Shown in pieces: positions 20,372-31,056 of a DNA stretch of 64,000 nucleotides (positions are counted from its first letter, which is position 1; the number at the start of each line of letters is the position of its first letter). Position numbers and translations under genes: made by a program. Below the pieces are notes generated by a model, which worked only from the letters and a program-made list of their open reading frames with translations, had not been told where the DNA came from and ran no database searches. The DNA lies in the NCBI GenBank assembly GCA_963835065.1, contig CAWIEK010000009.1, positions 119,436-183,435 on the forward strand. The letters run 5' to 3'. Origin of the DNA: an uncultured Chthonomonadaceae bacterium (GTDB taxonomy: Bacteria; Armatimonadota; Chthonomonadetes; Chthonomonadales; Chthonomonadaceae).

Positions 20372-21628
20372 TCAGAACAGGCACGTATCCAGAAACGCAT
20401 TGCGGAATTTGCCCTGCGGATCAAGGGCGCGAAGCATTTGCTTGAAATCCGGCAGGCGGGGGTACAGAGGTTGGAGTTGCGCGGCCTGCATGGTAAACAG
20501 CTTGCCCCAATGCGGGCGGGCGTGAAACGGCGCAAGTTCGGCTTCGATCCGGGGCAGTAATTTTTCTACGGCAGGCCAATCCGGTTGCCAGGTGAAGTGG
20601 ATGGCAACGCAGTCCTGTTTATAGCAGGGACTCATCCACAAGTCGTCTGCGGCAATCGTCCGAACTTCGGAGATCAATAGATGCGGGGCAATGTGTTCCC
20701 GCAATTCGTAAACGGCGCTCAGGGCGGCAAGCGCGTTCTGACGCGGCACAAAATACTCCGTTTGCAGTTCCTCGCCGCTGCTTGGCGTGTACTCCATGCG
20801 GAAATGCGGCAGGCGCTCGTGCCATGCGCCGGGTATGCCCATTTGCGCGGTGCAGTTTTCCGCCGAAATGCCGGCAATCGGATGCAGGTCGCGCGTGGCA
20901 GGCGTCGCTCCGAACCAATCCGGTTCCGGCGTAAACGTATCCTCATCCCCAACCCGCCGCTTCAGCCACACTTGATTAAACTTCGCTTCCTGCCAATCGG
21001 TGAACAGGCTCACACTGTAAGCCGCCCCTAATATCTCCTCGAAATGGTTTTCCAATTGGCTCAGGGGCAGGTTCTCGTACACGTTCTGCCGCATGGTAAA
21101 CGCGGGCACAAGATTCAGCGTCAACTGCGTGACCACGCCAAGCGCCCCAAGTCCGACAACCGCGCCCGCAAACGCTTCGCTGTCGGCTTCGCGGGAGAAA
21201 TTCTTTATGTTGCCATCTGCCGTGACCATTTCCAGCGCGGATACAATCGAAGCAAGGTTCGCATTGCCGACCCCGGAGCCGTGCGTGGCCGTCGCGCATG
21301 CCCCCGCAACGGAAATATGCGGCAGGGACGCCAGATTGTGCAGCGCGTAGCCTTCCTCGTGCAGAAACCTGCATAACGTGCCGTACCGAATACCCGCCCC
21401 AACCATGACCGTATGCCGCTCCCGATCCAACCCCAATATCTGATCGAAATTCGCCAGCGAAAGCATGTCTTCGCTCGTGTCCGCGATTCGGTTGAAGGAA
21501 TGGCGTGTTCCCAACACTTTCACCTTGCGGCAGCGAGTGACCAACTCCTGCACTTGCGCCGTCGTTTCGGGGCAGTGCCACCGTGCCGCCCGATACGCTA
21601 TATTGCCCGCCCAATTGCGTTCATCCAT
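20372..21628 (-). CDS. FAD-linked alditol/xylitol oxidase (ALO family)
   Basis: NWAGN, GTRHSFN (FAD His), LASLPHISVAGACATATHGSG, RPHWGK. Confidence 0.9.
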   Translation of the reverse strand: MDERNWAGNIAYRAARWHCPETTAQVQELVTRCRKVKVLGTRHSFNRIADTSEDMLSLANFDQILGLDRERHTVMVGAGIRYGTLCRFLHEEGYALHNLASLPHISVAGACATATHGSGVGNANLASIVSALEMVTADGNIKNFSREADSEAFAGAVVGLGALGVVTQLTLNLVPAFTMRQNVYENLPLSQLENHFEEILGAAYSVSLFTDWQEAKFNQVWLKRRVGDEDTFTPEPDWFGATPATRDLHPIAGISAENCTAQMGIPGAWHERLPHFRMEYTPSSGEELQTEYFVPRQNALAALSAVYELREHIAPHLLISEVRTIAADDLWMSPCYKQDCVAIHFTWQPDWPAVEKLLPRIEAELAPFHARPHWGKLFTMQAAQLQPLYPRLPDFKQMLRALDPQGKFRNAFLDTCLF

Positions 21629-21919
21629 TGTTTTTGCTCACATCTCCGCCTGAAAAAGTCTCGACCGACTTCCGTAATTGTCCAAACGCAAATACCAAAT
21701 ACCAAATACCGAACACCGTGAAATTCGCTCCCGGTTTCAGTTATTGTACCCGTTCTGATTTTTGCCTGCTGAGTTTAGAGTTCGGGGAATTTTTCAGATT
21801 GTGTCACGAACCGTTACCGCCATCGTTCTCGTATTATAAGCCAGGCATGAAATGTGATGCCTGAAGCCGTATGTGCCTGGATGCACTTACCGATAGACCT
21901 ATACCAAGAGGTAAATTCA

Positions 21920-22894
21920 ATGCAAACCAAACTGACAAATTTTCGCGCTCGTACCGGAATGATTGTTCCCCTGGCGCTTGCCTGTGTTGCCGGAGTGTCA
22001 TTGTCCGCTCCATCCGCCGTTTACGCGCAGGATCGCGGGCGGGACCGAGGTGGTGATTCCCGTGACCGAGGCAATGATTCGCGGGATAGAGGCAGCGACT
22101 CGCGTACCGGACGAGACGACTCGCGTGACCGCCGCGATACCACCCGCGAAGAGGGACGTCGGCAACGCGACGATAGCCATGTCCGGTTCACGCACTCCGA
22201 CGAGGGACGCCGTTTTGACAATGGCGTGACATTGCGACGCGGAGCGCCGGTTTCCGACCATCGTTTCGATACGTACTTCCCACGCCACACCTATTCCTAT
22301 CCGCATTATGCTTTCAATCGAGACGCGGGACGCGCGGTGATTTCGCCGTTCAGCTTCTACGTCGGCATCTTCCCGCCCTTCATTGATCGCAGCGCGGTGA
22401 TTATTGCCGCGCCCCGCCACGTCTTCATTGACGTGCCCATCTACGTGCATGGCGAATACCGGGCGTATGGCGACGGACGCGACGATTACTACCTGAACCA
22501 CCGTGAAGACGACCGGTGGCGGGATGATCCGGACTTGAAGCGCGCGGTTTACGACATGGAAGACGCCTTCCGCAACGATGATATCGCGTTGCTGGCTCCG
22601 CTCACCGACCCGGCAGCCAACATCTCGATCTTTGCAAAGGGACGCTTCGAGTATTCGCTCAATCCCAACGACTACCTGGATATGACCCGCGACTTCCTGC
22701 GCAGCGCGCATACCACCGGGTTTACCGCGTACCGCGTCCATCCCAGAGATCGCGGCGTCTATCAGGTCTTTGCCCGCCATACCTATCAGGACCAGAATGG
22801 GCAGAGCCGCACGGTGTACCTGTGCGTCGTGATGGAGCGCATCAACGACCGCTGGACGATCACACAGATTGACACGTCGCCCGCCCGCAGTTAA
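21920..22894 (+). CDS. Secreted protein with Asp/Arg-rich repeats and possible NTF2-like C-terminal domain
   Basis: Signal peptide ending AVYA-Q; RGGDSRD/RGNDSRD/RGSDSRT repeats; C-terminal ...MERINDRWTITQID. Confidence 0.65.
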   Translation: MQTKLTNFRARTGMIVPLALACVAGVSLSAPSAVYAQDRGRDRGGDSRDRGNDSRDRGSDSRTGRDDSRDRRDTTREEGRRQRDDSHVRFTHSDEGRRFDNGVTLRRGAPVSDHRFDTYFPRHTYSYPHYAFNRDAGRAVISPFSFYVGIFPPFIDRSAVIIAAPRHVFIDVPIYVHGEYRAYGDGRDDYYLNHREDDRWRDDPDLKRAVYDMEDAFRNDDIALLAPLTDPAANISIFAKGRFEYSLNPNDYLDMTRDFLRSAHTTGFTAYRVHPRDRGVYQVFARHTYQDQNGQSRTVYLCVVMERINDRWTITQIDTSPARS

Positions 22895-22924
22895 GTGCTT
22901 CGATTCCATGGCCTTCAACGCTTG

Positions 22925-22958
22925 GCCCCTTCTTCCAAAATTGGAAGAAGGGGCATTT
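22925..22958 (+). terminator. Intrinsic terminator
   Basis: GCCCCTTCTTCCAA-AA-TTGGAAGAAGGGGC followed by ATTTATTT. Confidence 0.6.
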
Positions 22959-23032
22959 ATTTGTATAGGCTCTTCGCCACAGCAGAGAAAACTCACGCAG
23001 GGAAACGTTGCGGTTGCGTCCAATAAGAAAGA

Positions 23033-24224
23033 ATGAAAATCACCGATGTTAAAGTCATTCTCACCTGTCCGGGACGCAATTATGTTTTCCTGAAAATCTT
23101 CACGGACGTGCCGGGACTGTACGGCGTGGGCGAGGGTACGCTGAACGGCAGCGAACCCGTTGTGGCCGAAGCCCTGCGCCATATCGCGCCCCTGCTTATC
23201 GGACGCGACCCGCAGCGCATCGAAGATTTATGGCATCTCGTGTATCGGCACAGTTATTGGCGCGGCGGGCCGGTCTTCATGGCGGCATTGGCGGCGATTG
23301 ATTTCGCGCTGTGGGACATCAAGGGCAAGCAGGCCAACCTGCCCGTGTACCAACTGCTCGGCGGCAAGGCGCGCGACGGCGTGATGTGCTACACCCATGC
23401 GTTCGGGCGCGATGCGCTGGAAACCGAAGACCACGCGCGGCAAATTATGGCGCAGGGTTTCAAGGTCGTGCGCTGTCAGGTGGGCGTGTATGGCGGGGCG
23501 GGCGTGTTGGGCCAAAACCCGCCCGTAATGCCCGGTACGCCGCCCGAACAGATTTACGAGCCTACCCCCTATCTGCTTTCCGTTCCCAAACTGTTCGCGC
23601 ACCTGCGCGACAAATTGGGCATGGAAATCGAACTGTTCCACGACGTTCACGAGCAATTGCAGTCCCATTGAAGCGGCGCGGCTGGCGAAGGAACTGGAAC
23701 CGTACCGCCTGTTCTTCCTCGAAGACCCCTTGATGCCGGAACACCGCGAGTCATGGCCGCTCCTTCGCGCCGCTTCCACGACCCCGCTTGCCATCGGCGA
23801 GATTTTCACGTCGCGCTGGGACTGCCTGCCCCTGTTCGCCAACCGCTGGATAGATTTCATCCGCATCAAGCCCCTGCATGTCGGCGGCCTGACCGAAGCC
23901 CGCAAAATCATGATCATGGCCGAACCATACAACGTGCGCAGCGCGTTTCACGGGGCCGCTGACATCGGGCCAATCGCGCAATCGGCAAGCGTCTCGCTGC
24001 AAGCGGTCATTCCCAACTTCGGCGTACAGGAATGGACGAGGTACAAAGACCCGGTTTACGAAGTGGTTTCCGGCGTACCCGCAATGCGCGACGGCTATTT
24101 GTACCCCAATGAGCGCCCCGGCCTCGGCATGGACATAGATGAGGAAAAGGCCGCGCAGTTCCCCTACCAACGCGCTTATATGCCGCTCGTCCGCCGACAG
24201 GACGGCTCCATGCACGTTTACTGA
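23033..24224 (+). CDS. Mandelate racemase/enolase superfamily sugar acid dehydratase (ManD/RspA-like), +1 frameshift near 23660
   Basis: ALWDIKGK..LPVYQLLGG, HDVHE, then (other frame) PIEAARLAKELEPY..FLEDP, LAIGE, PGLG; the two frames join. Confidence 0.85.
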
Positions 24225-24242
24225 GTAAATCTATAACTTCCC

Positions 24243-24322
24243 GGCGGGCACATACGAGGCGGGCGGGCACATAAGGGCGGCGGGCACAGGAGGCGGGCGG
24301 GCACAACATGTTGTGCCCCTAC
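24243..24322. repeat. REP-like tandem GGCGGGCACA units ending in a GGGCACAACATGTTGTGCCCCTAC hairpin
   Basis: Four GGCGGGCACA copies; CCCTAC end typical of GTAG-class REPs. Confidence 0.6.
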
Positions 24323-24371
24323 AATCGGGAACTTGTTGTTTTACAGACCCTAAGCAAAAGGATACAGAGTT

Positions 24372-24848
24372 ATGAAAACGCTGTTCGCTTATGTTTTGCT
24401 CGGCTGCGCCGCGACGCTTGCGACCGCAGCCGATGTGCCCACGCTCAAAGCCGACCACAAACCGGACGCTGCCGCGCAGTTGATGAAAGTGGAGCGGGAC
24501 TTGAATGAAGCCTTCAAAGCGCGGGATAAAAACGCTCTGATGGCGTTGTGTTCCGAGGACTTTGTGTTCACAGACGATGATGGCAAAATCAGCGGCAAGA
24601 CGCAGTTTCTCAGGGATGCAACGAGCAACATTCAGGTGGTTTCCTATAAGTTGAGCGATCTCGTAGTTCATGTTTACGGAGATACCGGCATCATCACCGG
24701 AAAGTGGAGCGGGACGATCAAAACCGAAGACGCTGAATCCAAAACAGCCCTGCGCTTCACGGATACATTCGTTCGCCGTGACGAGCGCTGGTGGGAGGTT
24801 GCGTCCCAACTCACGCGCCTCGCCCAAAATGATGCCCAAAATGAATAG
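24372..24848 (+). CDS. Secreted DUF4440/NTF2-like protein
   Basis: Signal peptide; VHVYGDTGI, RFTDTFVRRDERW. Confidence 0.8.
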   Translation: MKTLFAYVLLGCAATLATAADVPTLKADHKPDAAAQLMKVERDLNEAFKARDKNALMALCSEDFVFTDDDGKISGKTQFLRDATSNIQVVSYKLSDLVVHVYGDTGIITGKWSGTIKTEDAESKTALRFTDTFVRRDERWWEVASQLTRLAQNDAQNE

Positions 24849-26067
24849 ACTGCGAGGCAGCGCAATGGTACGCCGCGTTTGTACAATCTTCTGTCTGTCA
24901 GCGCTGTGGGTGGCGGCGGGAGCGGTTCCGAAGCCCGGAACGGACGCGCCCGTCCGCTTCCGGGAACATCTGATTGCCACACTGCCCGGCGTGTACCAGT
25001 GCGCCGTTGCCGACATCAATGGTGACGGCAAGCCCGACATTCTGGGATTGTCAAGCGGCAAAAACGAGATCGCGTGGTACGAAAACCCGACCTGGCAGAA
25101 GCATGTTATCACAACGGCCACGCGCAGTAACATTGACCTCGCCGCGTATGACCTGGACGGCGACGGCAAACCGGAACTCGCGGTTGCCAGCGCGTTCGAC
25201 CTCAACAACACGCGGCAGGGCGGCAGGCTGCAATGGTTTGCGCGGGGCGCGGACGCGGGCGCGGAGTGGACGGGGCACGATTTTGCTAATTTGCCCACCG
25301 CGCACCGCCTGCGCTGGGCCGATTGGGACGGCAACGGCAAAAAAGAACTGGTAGTCGTGCCGATACTGGGCGAAGGCGCAATGTCGCCCGATTACGCCGC
25401 GCCCGTTTCCATCGTCACTTATGGCTTCGACAAAGGCAAAGTCCAATCCCATGTTGTAGACCATTCCCTCACGGTCGCGCACGGGATGCGGATTCTGGAT
25501 TTCGATGGCGATGGGCGCGACGATTTGCTTGTCGCAAGTTACGAGGGCGTGACGTGGTTCAAGCCGGAGGGCAAAGGCGCGGCGCGGACGTGGCGTAAAA
25601 CCCTGCTGGCAAGCGGGGAACAAAACCTGCCGCCCAAGCGTGGCAGCAGCGAAGTAGATCGGGGCTGGCTCAAAGGCAAACGCCCTTTTCTGGCGACAAT
25701 TGAACCCTGGCACGGCAACGAAGTCGTTGTTTACCTGCCGCCCCCGGACGGCAAAGGCTTATGGCAGCGTCACGTTCTGGACACCACGCTCGAAGACGGA
25801 CACGCCCTCGCCTGCGTTGACCTGGACGGTGACGGGCAAAGCGAAATCATCGCCGGGTATCGAGGCGGAACGCGCAATCTCTACGGCTATCGCGCTACGG
25901 ATGCGACCGGCACAAAATGGCAACGCTTCACCATTGACGCGGGCAACATGGGCGGGTCAGGAATGGTCATTGCCGACATCAACGGCGACAGCAAACCCGA
26001 CATCATTTGCTGCGGCAGCAATGTAATCAAATGGTACGAAAACTTGGGCGCAAAACCAGCGCCATAG
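24841..26067 (+). CDS. FG-GAP/VCBS repeat beta-propeller protein
   Basis: Repeated DINGDGKPD, DLDGDGKPE, DFDGDGRDD; IEPWHGN. Confidence 0.85.
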   Translation: MNRLRGSAMVRRVCTIFCLSALWVAAGAVPKPGTDAPVRFREHLIATLPGVYQCAVADINGDGKPDILGLSSGKNEIAWYENPTWQKHVITTATRSNIDLAAYDLDGDGKPELAVASAFDLNNTRQGGRLQWFARGADAGAEWTGHDFANLPTAHRLRWADWDGNGKKELVVVPILGEGAMSPDYAAPVSIVTYGFDKGKVQSHVVDHSLTVAHGMRILDFDGDGRDDLLVASYEGVTWFKPEGKGAARTWRKTLLASGEQNLPPKRGSSEVDRGWLKGKRPFLATIEPWHGNEVVVYLPPPDGKGLWQRHVLDTTLEDGHALACVDLDGDGQSEIIAGYRGGTRNLYGYRATDATGTKWQRFTIDAGNMGGSGMVIADINGDSKPDIICCGSNVIKWYENLGAKPAP

Positions 26068-26094
26068 CCTATACCACTTCCAGAAGAGATTTCA

Positions 26095-26207
26095 GCCGCA
26101 AATACACGCAAATGCAAATTCAGAATAGACAGGATTAACAGGATTTTTAGGATTAAACAGGATTAATGGAGTAGAAGGAATTGGTTCATTTGCGTGTATT
26201 TGCGGCT
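26095..26207. repeat. Period-9 hairpin (GCCGCAAATACACGCAAAT arms) enclosing an ACAGGATT tandem array
   Basis: AGCCGCAAATACACGCAAATG...CATTTGCGTGTATTTGCGGCT. Confidence 0.75.
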
Positions 26208-26218
26208 AAAATTCCTCC

Positions 26219-27796
26219 TCAGCGCACTCGCGCCACCGCCTGCTTCCAGCCCGCGTACAACGTTTCGCGTTGATCCGCGCTCATTTGCGGCGTAAAGATG
26301 CGGTCTACCGCCCACTGCGCGGCGATTTCTTCCGGCGTCTGCCAGAACCCGATGCCCAACCCGGCCAGATACGCCGCGCCCAAAGCCGTCGTTTCCGTGA
26401 CCGCCGGACGCGCAACGGCTGTGCCCAAAATGTCCGCCTGCATCTGCATTAATGTGTTATTGACGGTCATGCCGCCATCCACGCGCAGTTCGGGAATGTC
26501 CAGACCGCTGTCCTGCCGCATGGCTTCCAGCACATCGCGGGTTTGACAGCAGACCGCTTCCAACGCCGCCCGCGCAAGGTGCGCCCGCCCCGCGCCCCGC
26601 GTCAGCCCGACAATCGCGCCCCGCGCTTCCGCATCCCAGTACGGCGCTCCCAAGCCCACAAATGCGGGCACAAAATACACGCCCCCGTTATCCGCAACGG
26701 AAGCCGCCAGACTTTCAATCTCCCCGGCGGAACGAATGATTTGCAGTTCATCCCGCAGCCACTGCACCGCCGCCCCGGTCACGAACACGCTGCCTTCCAA
26801 AGCGTAGTTGATAGTTGATAGTTGATAGTTGATAGTTGAATCCATTGCTGATTGCCGATTGCCGATTTTCGATTGAGGATTGGCTTCTTCCGTCTTCTCT
26901 TCTTCTCTTCTCCCTTCTCCAATCTGCCACGCAACGGTTGTCAGCAGGCCGTGTTGGGAGAATTGGGGCTGATTTCCGGTGTTCATCAGCAGGAATGAGC
27001 CGGTTCCATAGGTGTTTTTTACCATGCCCTGCAGGTGGCAGGCTTGCCCGAACGTGGCGGCCTGCTGATCGCCCGCGATGCCGGCAATCGGAATGTTTCT
27101 GCCCAATAAATCCGTCGTGGTTTCGCCGTAGATGTGGCTGCTCGGCTTGACGACGGGCAGAATTTCGGGGGGAATGTCGAGCAGGCGCAGCAGTTCCGCG
27201 TCCCATTCGCCGGTGAGGATGTTGAACAGCAGGGTGCGGGAAGCGTTGGAAACATCGGTTGCGTGAACCGCGCCGCCCGTCAAGCGCCACAGCAAAAACG
27301 TATCTACCGTGCCGAACGCGATTTCGCCCCGTTCGGCGCGGGTTCGCAGGCCGGGCGTGTTGTCCAGCAGCCAGCGTATTTTCGTGCCGGAAAAATAGGG
27401 ATCGAGCGGCAGGCCGGTTTTGGCGCGAAACAGGGGTTCCACACCGTCAGATCGCAGGCGTTCGCACAGGGGCAGGGTACGCCTGTCCTGCCACACAATC
27501 GCGTTGGCAACGGGGCGTCCGGTTGCCCGTTCCCACAACAGCGTGGTTTCGCGCTGATTGGTGATGCCCACGCCCGCAATGTCCGCGCCCGTTACGTTTT
27601 GTTCGCGCAGAAGTTTGGCGACAACGCCCGCCTGACTCGCCCAGATGTCTTCGGGCGCGTGTTCCACCCATCCGGGATGTGGGTAGCGCTGCGCATACTC
27701 CTGCTGCTCCACGCCCCGCACCGCGCCCGCCCGGTCAAACAAAATCGCCCGCGAACTCGTCGTGCCCTGATCCAGCGCTAGAATGAATTCCGCCAT
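26219..27796 (-). CDS. glpK: Glycerol kinase (with in-frame repeat insertion)
   Basis: [44 protein letters not shown]. Confidence 0.96.
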   Translation of the reverse strand: MAEFILALDQGTTSSRAILFDRAGAVRGVEQQEYAQRYPHPGWVEHAPEDIWASQAGVVAKLLREQNVTGADIAGVGITNQRETTLLWERATGRPVANAIVWQDRRTLPLCERLRSDGVEPLFRAKTGLPLDPYFSGTKIRWLLDNTPGLRTRAERGEIAFGTVDTFLLWRLTGGAVHATDVSNASRTLLFNILTGEWDAELLRLLDIPPEILPVVKPSSHIYGETTTDLLGRNIPIAGIAGDQQAATFGQACHLQGMVKNTYGTGSFLLMNTGNQPQFSQHGLLTTVAWQIGEGRREEEKTEEANPQSKIGNRQSAMDSTINYQLSTINYALEGSVFVTGAAVQWLRDELQIIRSAGEIESLAASVADNGGVYFVPAFVGLGAPYWDAEARGAIVGLTRGAGRAHLARAALEAVCCQTRDVLEAMRQDSGLDIPELRVDGGMTVNNTLMQMQADILGTAVARPAVTETTALGAAYLAGLGIGFWQTPEEIAAQWAVDRIFTPQMSADQRETLYAGWKQAVARVR

Positions 27797-28202
27797 GTTG
27801 TGCCTCTCAGTATAAGACTATAACCAAAGCGTATATTTAGAAAGGGATAAGAGTATGTAGAGTCATCGTCGAAATCTTGGCAATGCAGCGCTTCCAGCCC
27901 GATGTCTCGTTGTGTCTGGTTGTAGGAGAGAGGCGTCGTGACCTCGAAAGCGTCAGGGCGAACGGGATGGGTGAAACATAGGACTGGCACCTCCCTTCTT
28001 AGTTGATAGTGGATAGTTGATAGTTGATAGGAACTACCAGCGTTCAACCTTCCTGTCTACATAGTAGACCTTGTTCTACTGTTTGGACGGCTGTGTGGGG
28101 CAAAAGGTTCGCTTTTTCCGCGCTGTGCGGCGCTTTTTTACTTTTTATTTTTCGCGCGAGACTTTTTCTTTTCAAGTCCTAGAGCGAGAGGGCAGTATAG
28201 GC

Positions 28203-28231
28203 TTTACAAGTTGGTCCTACCCGGCTATAAT
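28203..28231 (+). promoter_or_regulatory. Sigma70-type promoter of the RM gene
   Basis: TTTACA-N17-TATAAT. Confidence 0.65.
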
Positions 28232-28295
28232 ACTTTGTCCGCGTGTGAGATCACTTACCGATCAGAGCGGTTCCACACAAACGTTTGGAGTAAAG

Positions 28296-30599
28296 ATGAC
28301 GGCTCCGCAAAGCATACTTGAACTTGTAGACCGCTTCGCTTATAACCGCGATAACTACCGCAATCCGCAGTACAACGAAACTCAGTTGCGCCGGGAGTTC
28401 CTCGACCCCTTCTTTACCGCGCTCGGATGGGATGTGGAAAACAAGGAGGGCTACGCGGAAGCCTACAAGGACGTGGTTCACGAGGACGCCATCAAAATCG
28501 GCGGCGTGAACAAAGCGCCCGATTACTCGTTTCGCATCGGCGGGACGCGCAAGTTCTTTGTGGAAGCCAAAAAGCCCGCCGTCAACCTCAAAGACGATCC
28601 GAAACCCGCGTTTCAATTGCGCCGCTACGCCTGGTCCGCCAAACTGCCGCTTTCCATCCTCAGCGATTTTGAGGAGTTCGCCGTATACGATTGCCGCGTT
28701 CAGCCGGACGAGCGCGACAAGCCCGCCATTGCCCGCACCCTTTATATCCCCTATACGGAATACGACGCGCGCTGGCAGGAAATCGAAGCCGTGTTTTCCC
28801 GCAGCGCGATTTTGAAGGGCGCGTTCGACAAGTACGCGACGGACAACAAGACCCGGCGCGGCACGGCGGAAGTGGACGCGGCGTTCCTCAAAGAGATCGA
28901 AACATGGCGCGAAAGCCTTGCCAAAAACATCGCCCTGCGCAATCCTGATTTGCGCAACCGCGACCTCAACTTCGCTGTTCAGATTATCATTGACCGCATC
29001 ATTTTCCTGCGCATTTGCGAAGACCGGGGCATTGACATTTACGGCAGGCTGCAAGCCCTGCTCAACGGCAAGGACGTTTACCCGCGCCTGCTGCAATTGT
29101 TCCGCGAAGCCGACGAGCGCTACAACTCCGGCCTGTTCCACTTTCGCATGGAAAAAGGGCGCGACGAGGCGGGTTTGGACACCCTGACGCCGCGCCTGAA
29201 CATAGACGACAAAACGCTCAAAGACATTCTGACGACGCTGTATTATCCCTGCCCCTACGAATTTTCCGTGCTGCCCGCCGATATTTTGGGACAGGTGTAC
29301 GAGCAGTTTTTGGGCAAAGTGATCCGGCTGGACGCCAAACACCGCGCGGTTGTGGAAGACAAGCCGGAAGTAAAGAAAGCGGGCGGCGTTTATTACACGC
29401 CCACCTACATTGTCAACTACATCGTGGAGCAAACCGTCGGCAAACTGGTGGAAGGCAAAACGCCCCGGCAGGTGGAAAAACTGAAAATCCTTGATCCGGC
29501 CTGCGGTTCCGGCTCGTTCCTCATCGGCGCGTACCAGCGTTTGCTCGACTGGCATCAGCAGTGGTACGAAACGGACGGCGCGGCCAAACACGCCAAAGGC
29601 AAGGATGCCCGGTTGTATCAGGGCGCGGGCAATACGTGGCATCTCACGACAAGCGAGCGCAAGCGTATCCTGCTTGCCAACCTGTACGGCGTGGACATAG
29701 ACGCGCAGGCCGTAGAAGTCACTAAATTGTCGCTGCTGCTGAAAATGCTGGAAGGCGAAACGCAGCAGACGGTGAACGCGACGCTTTCCATGTTCCACGA
29801 GCGCGTCCTGCCCGATTTGGACGGCAACATTCAGTGCGGCAATTCCCTCATCGGCCCCGACTTCTACGATGGCAGGCAACTCACGCTTCTGGACGAGGAA
29901 GAGATGTACCGCGTCAACGTCTTCGACTGGAAAAAGGCTTTTCCCAAAATCCTGACGGGCGATAATTCCGGCTTCGATGCCGTCATAGGCAATCCGCCAT
30001 ACATTCCAATTGAGACGATTACTGAAGATGACAGACACTACTTCCAATCTCACCATAAGCAACTTGAGAGAAAGTACGATACTTCTATTGTTTTCATCCT
30101 CGCTATGCTTGAGAAACTAAATGCAAATGGATGTTTGGGCTTCATCTCCTCGCTGACATGGCAAACAGGAGAAAACTTCCGTAAATTGCGCGAACATCTC
30201 TTCACAAAGGCGGGAGTAGAAACTTTGGTAAGTTTGCCTTTTGACGTCTTCAAGAACGCTTATGTAGACACGGGAACCTACATATTAAGGCGCACACCTA
30301 CGGAGGAGTACGCCATTTACCGATTTCCGAAAAAGACGCAGGTCACTAACCTACAAAATTTACCATACGCGAAGGTGTCATGTAGCCTTATAATGCCACC
30401 TGATTACAAGATAGTGCTTGAGTCGAACACACAGGCTATTCTGACTCGTGTATCTTCATCTTCTGGCTTTACTACATTGGGGGCGCTTACGACTTCGACG
30501 CAGGGATTAGCAGGGAACCGCTTCAAGAGGGTTTCTTCAGAAAGCGCAGACACATACCCATTTATGACGCCCTGTGTGCCGACGGCAGACGGTACATAA
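28296..30599 (+). pseudogene. Type IIG (Eco57I-like) restriction-modification enzyme, probably C-terminally truncated
   Basis: PDY...FFVEAKK nuclease, GVYYTP, LDPACGSGSFL, IGNPPY; ORF stops early in the specificity region next to a repeat element. Confidence 0.75.
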
Positions 30600-30621
30600 A
30601 ACCTCATGATTTTATCCGTAG

Positions 30622-31019
30622 CTTTGCGCGTTGTGGCGACGGGCTGAACCCCTTCGCTGTATGGCCTACGGCCCAGTGTCCTTCGGACACGCTTGCTTTG
30701 CAGGCTGTGAGTTCCTGTTATATACGCTTGCTGTGAAATGGGAGGCCGGGTACCGACAAGAGCGTTCCGAGTGTTGAAAACACCCGGCAGGAAAGGGCAA
30801 GCGTCTTGCAGACGCAACTTCCAGAAAGCAGGGGCGCGTCTGAAAGACGCTTGCTTTGTCCAGACAGGGGTTTTCAACCCCCGGTAAACCACACGGGCGC
30901 TATTTCACAGCAAGCGTTATATAGACCTGCTACATCTCAACGATGGGATTATGTCCGAAGGACATTGGGCGGAACGCCATACAGCGAAGGGGTTCAGCCT
31001 GTCGCCGCAACGCGCAAAG
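30622..31019. mobile_element. Three nested palindromic elements (A outside, C middle, B inside)
   Basis: A arms 30622-30690/30951-31019; C arms 30719-30739/30902-30923; B 30764-30884. Confidence 0.8.
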
Positions 31020-31056
31020 ATGAAAGTATGATGAACAGACAGCTTCAGGATTTAAG

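Noticed and set aside
27778..28047. Small ORF or riboswitch upstream of glpK
   Set aside because: ORF start is built from heptamer repeats, the RBS spacing is poor, and no recognisable aptamer is seen
28251..30062. Long antisense ORFs (603 aa here; also 17230-18669, 44139-45476, 49901-51076)
   Set aside because: Shadows of high-GC coding strands with no motifs of their own
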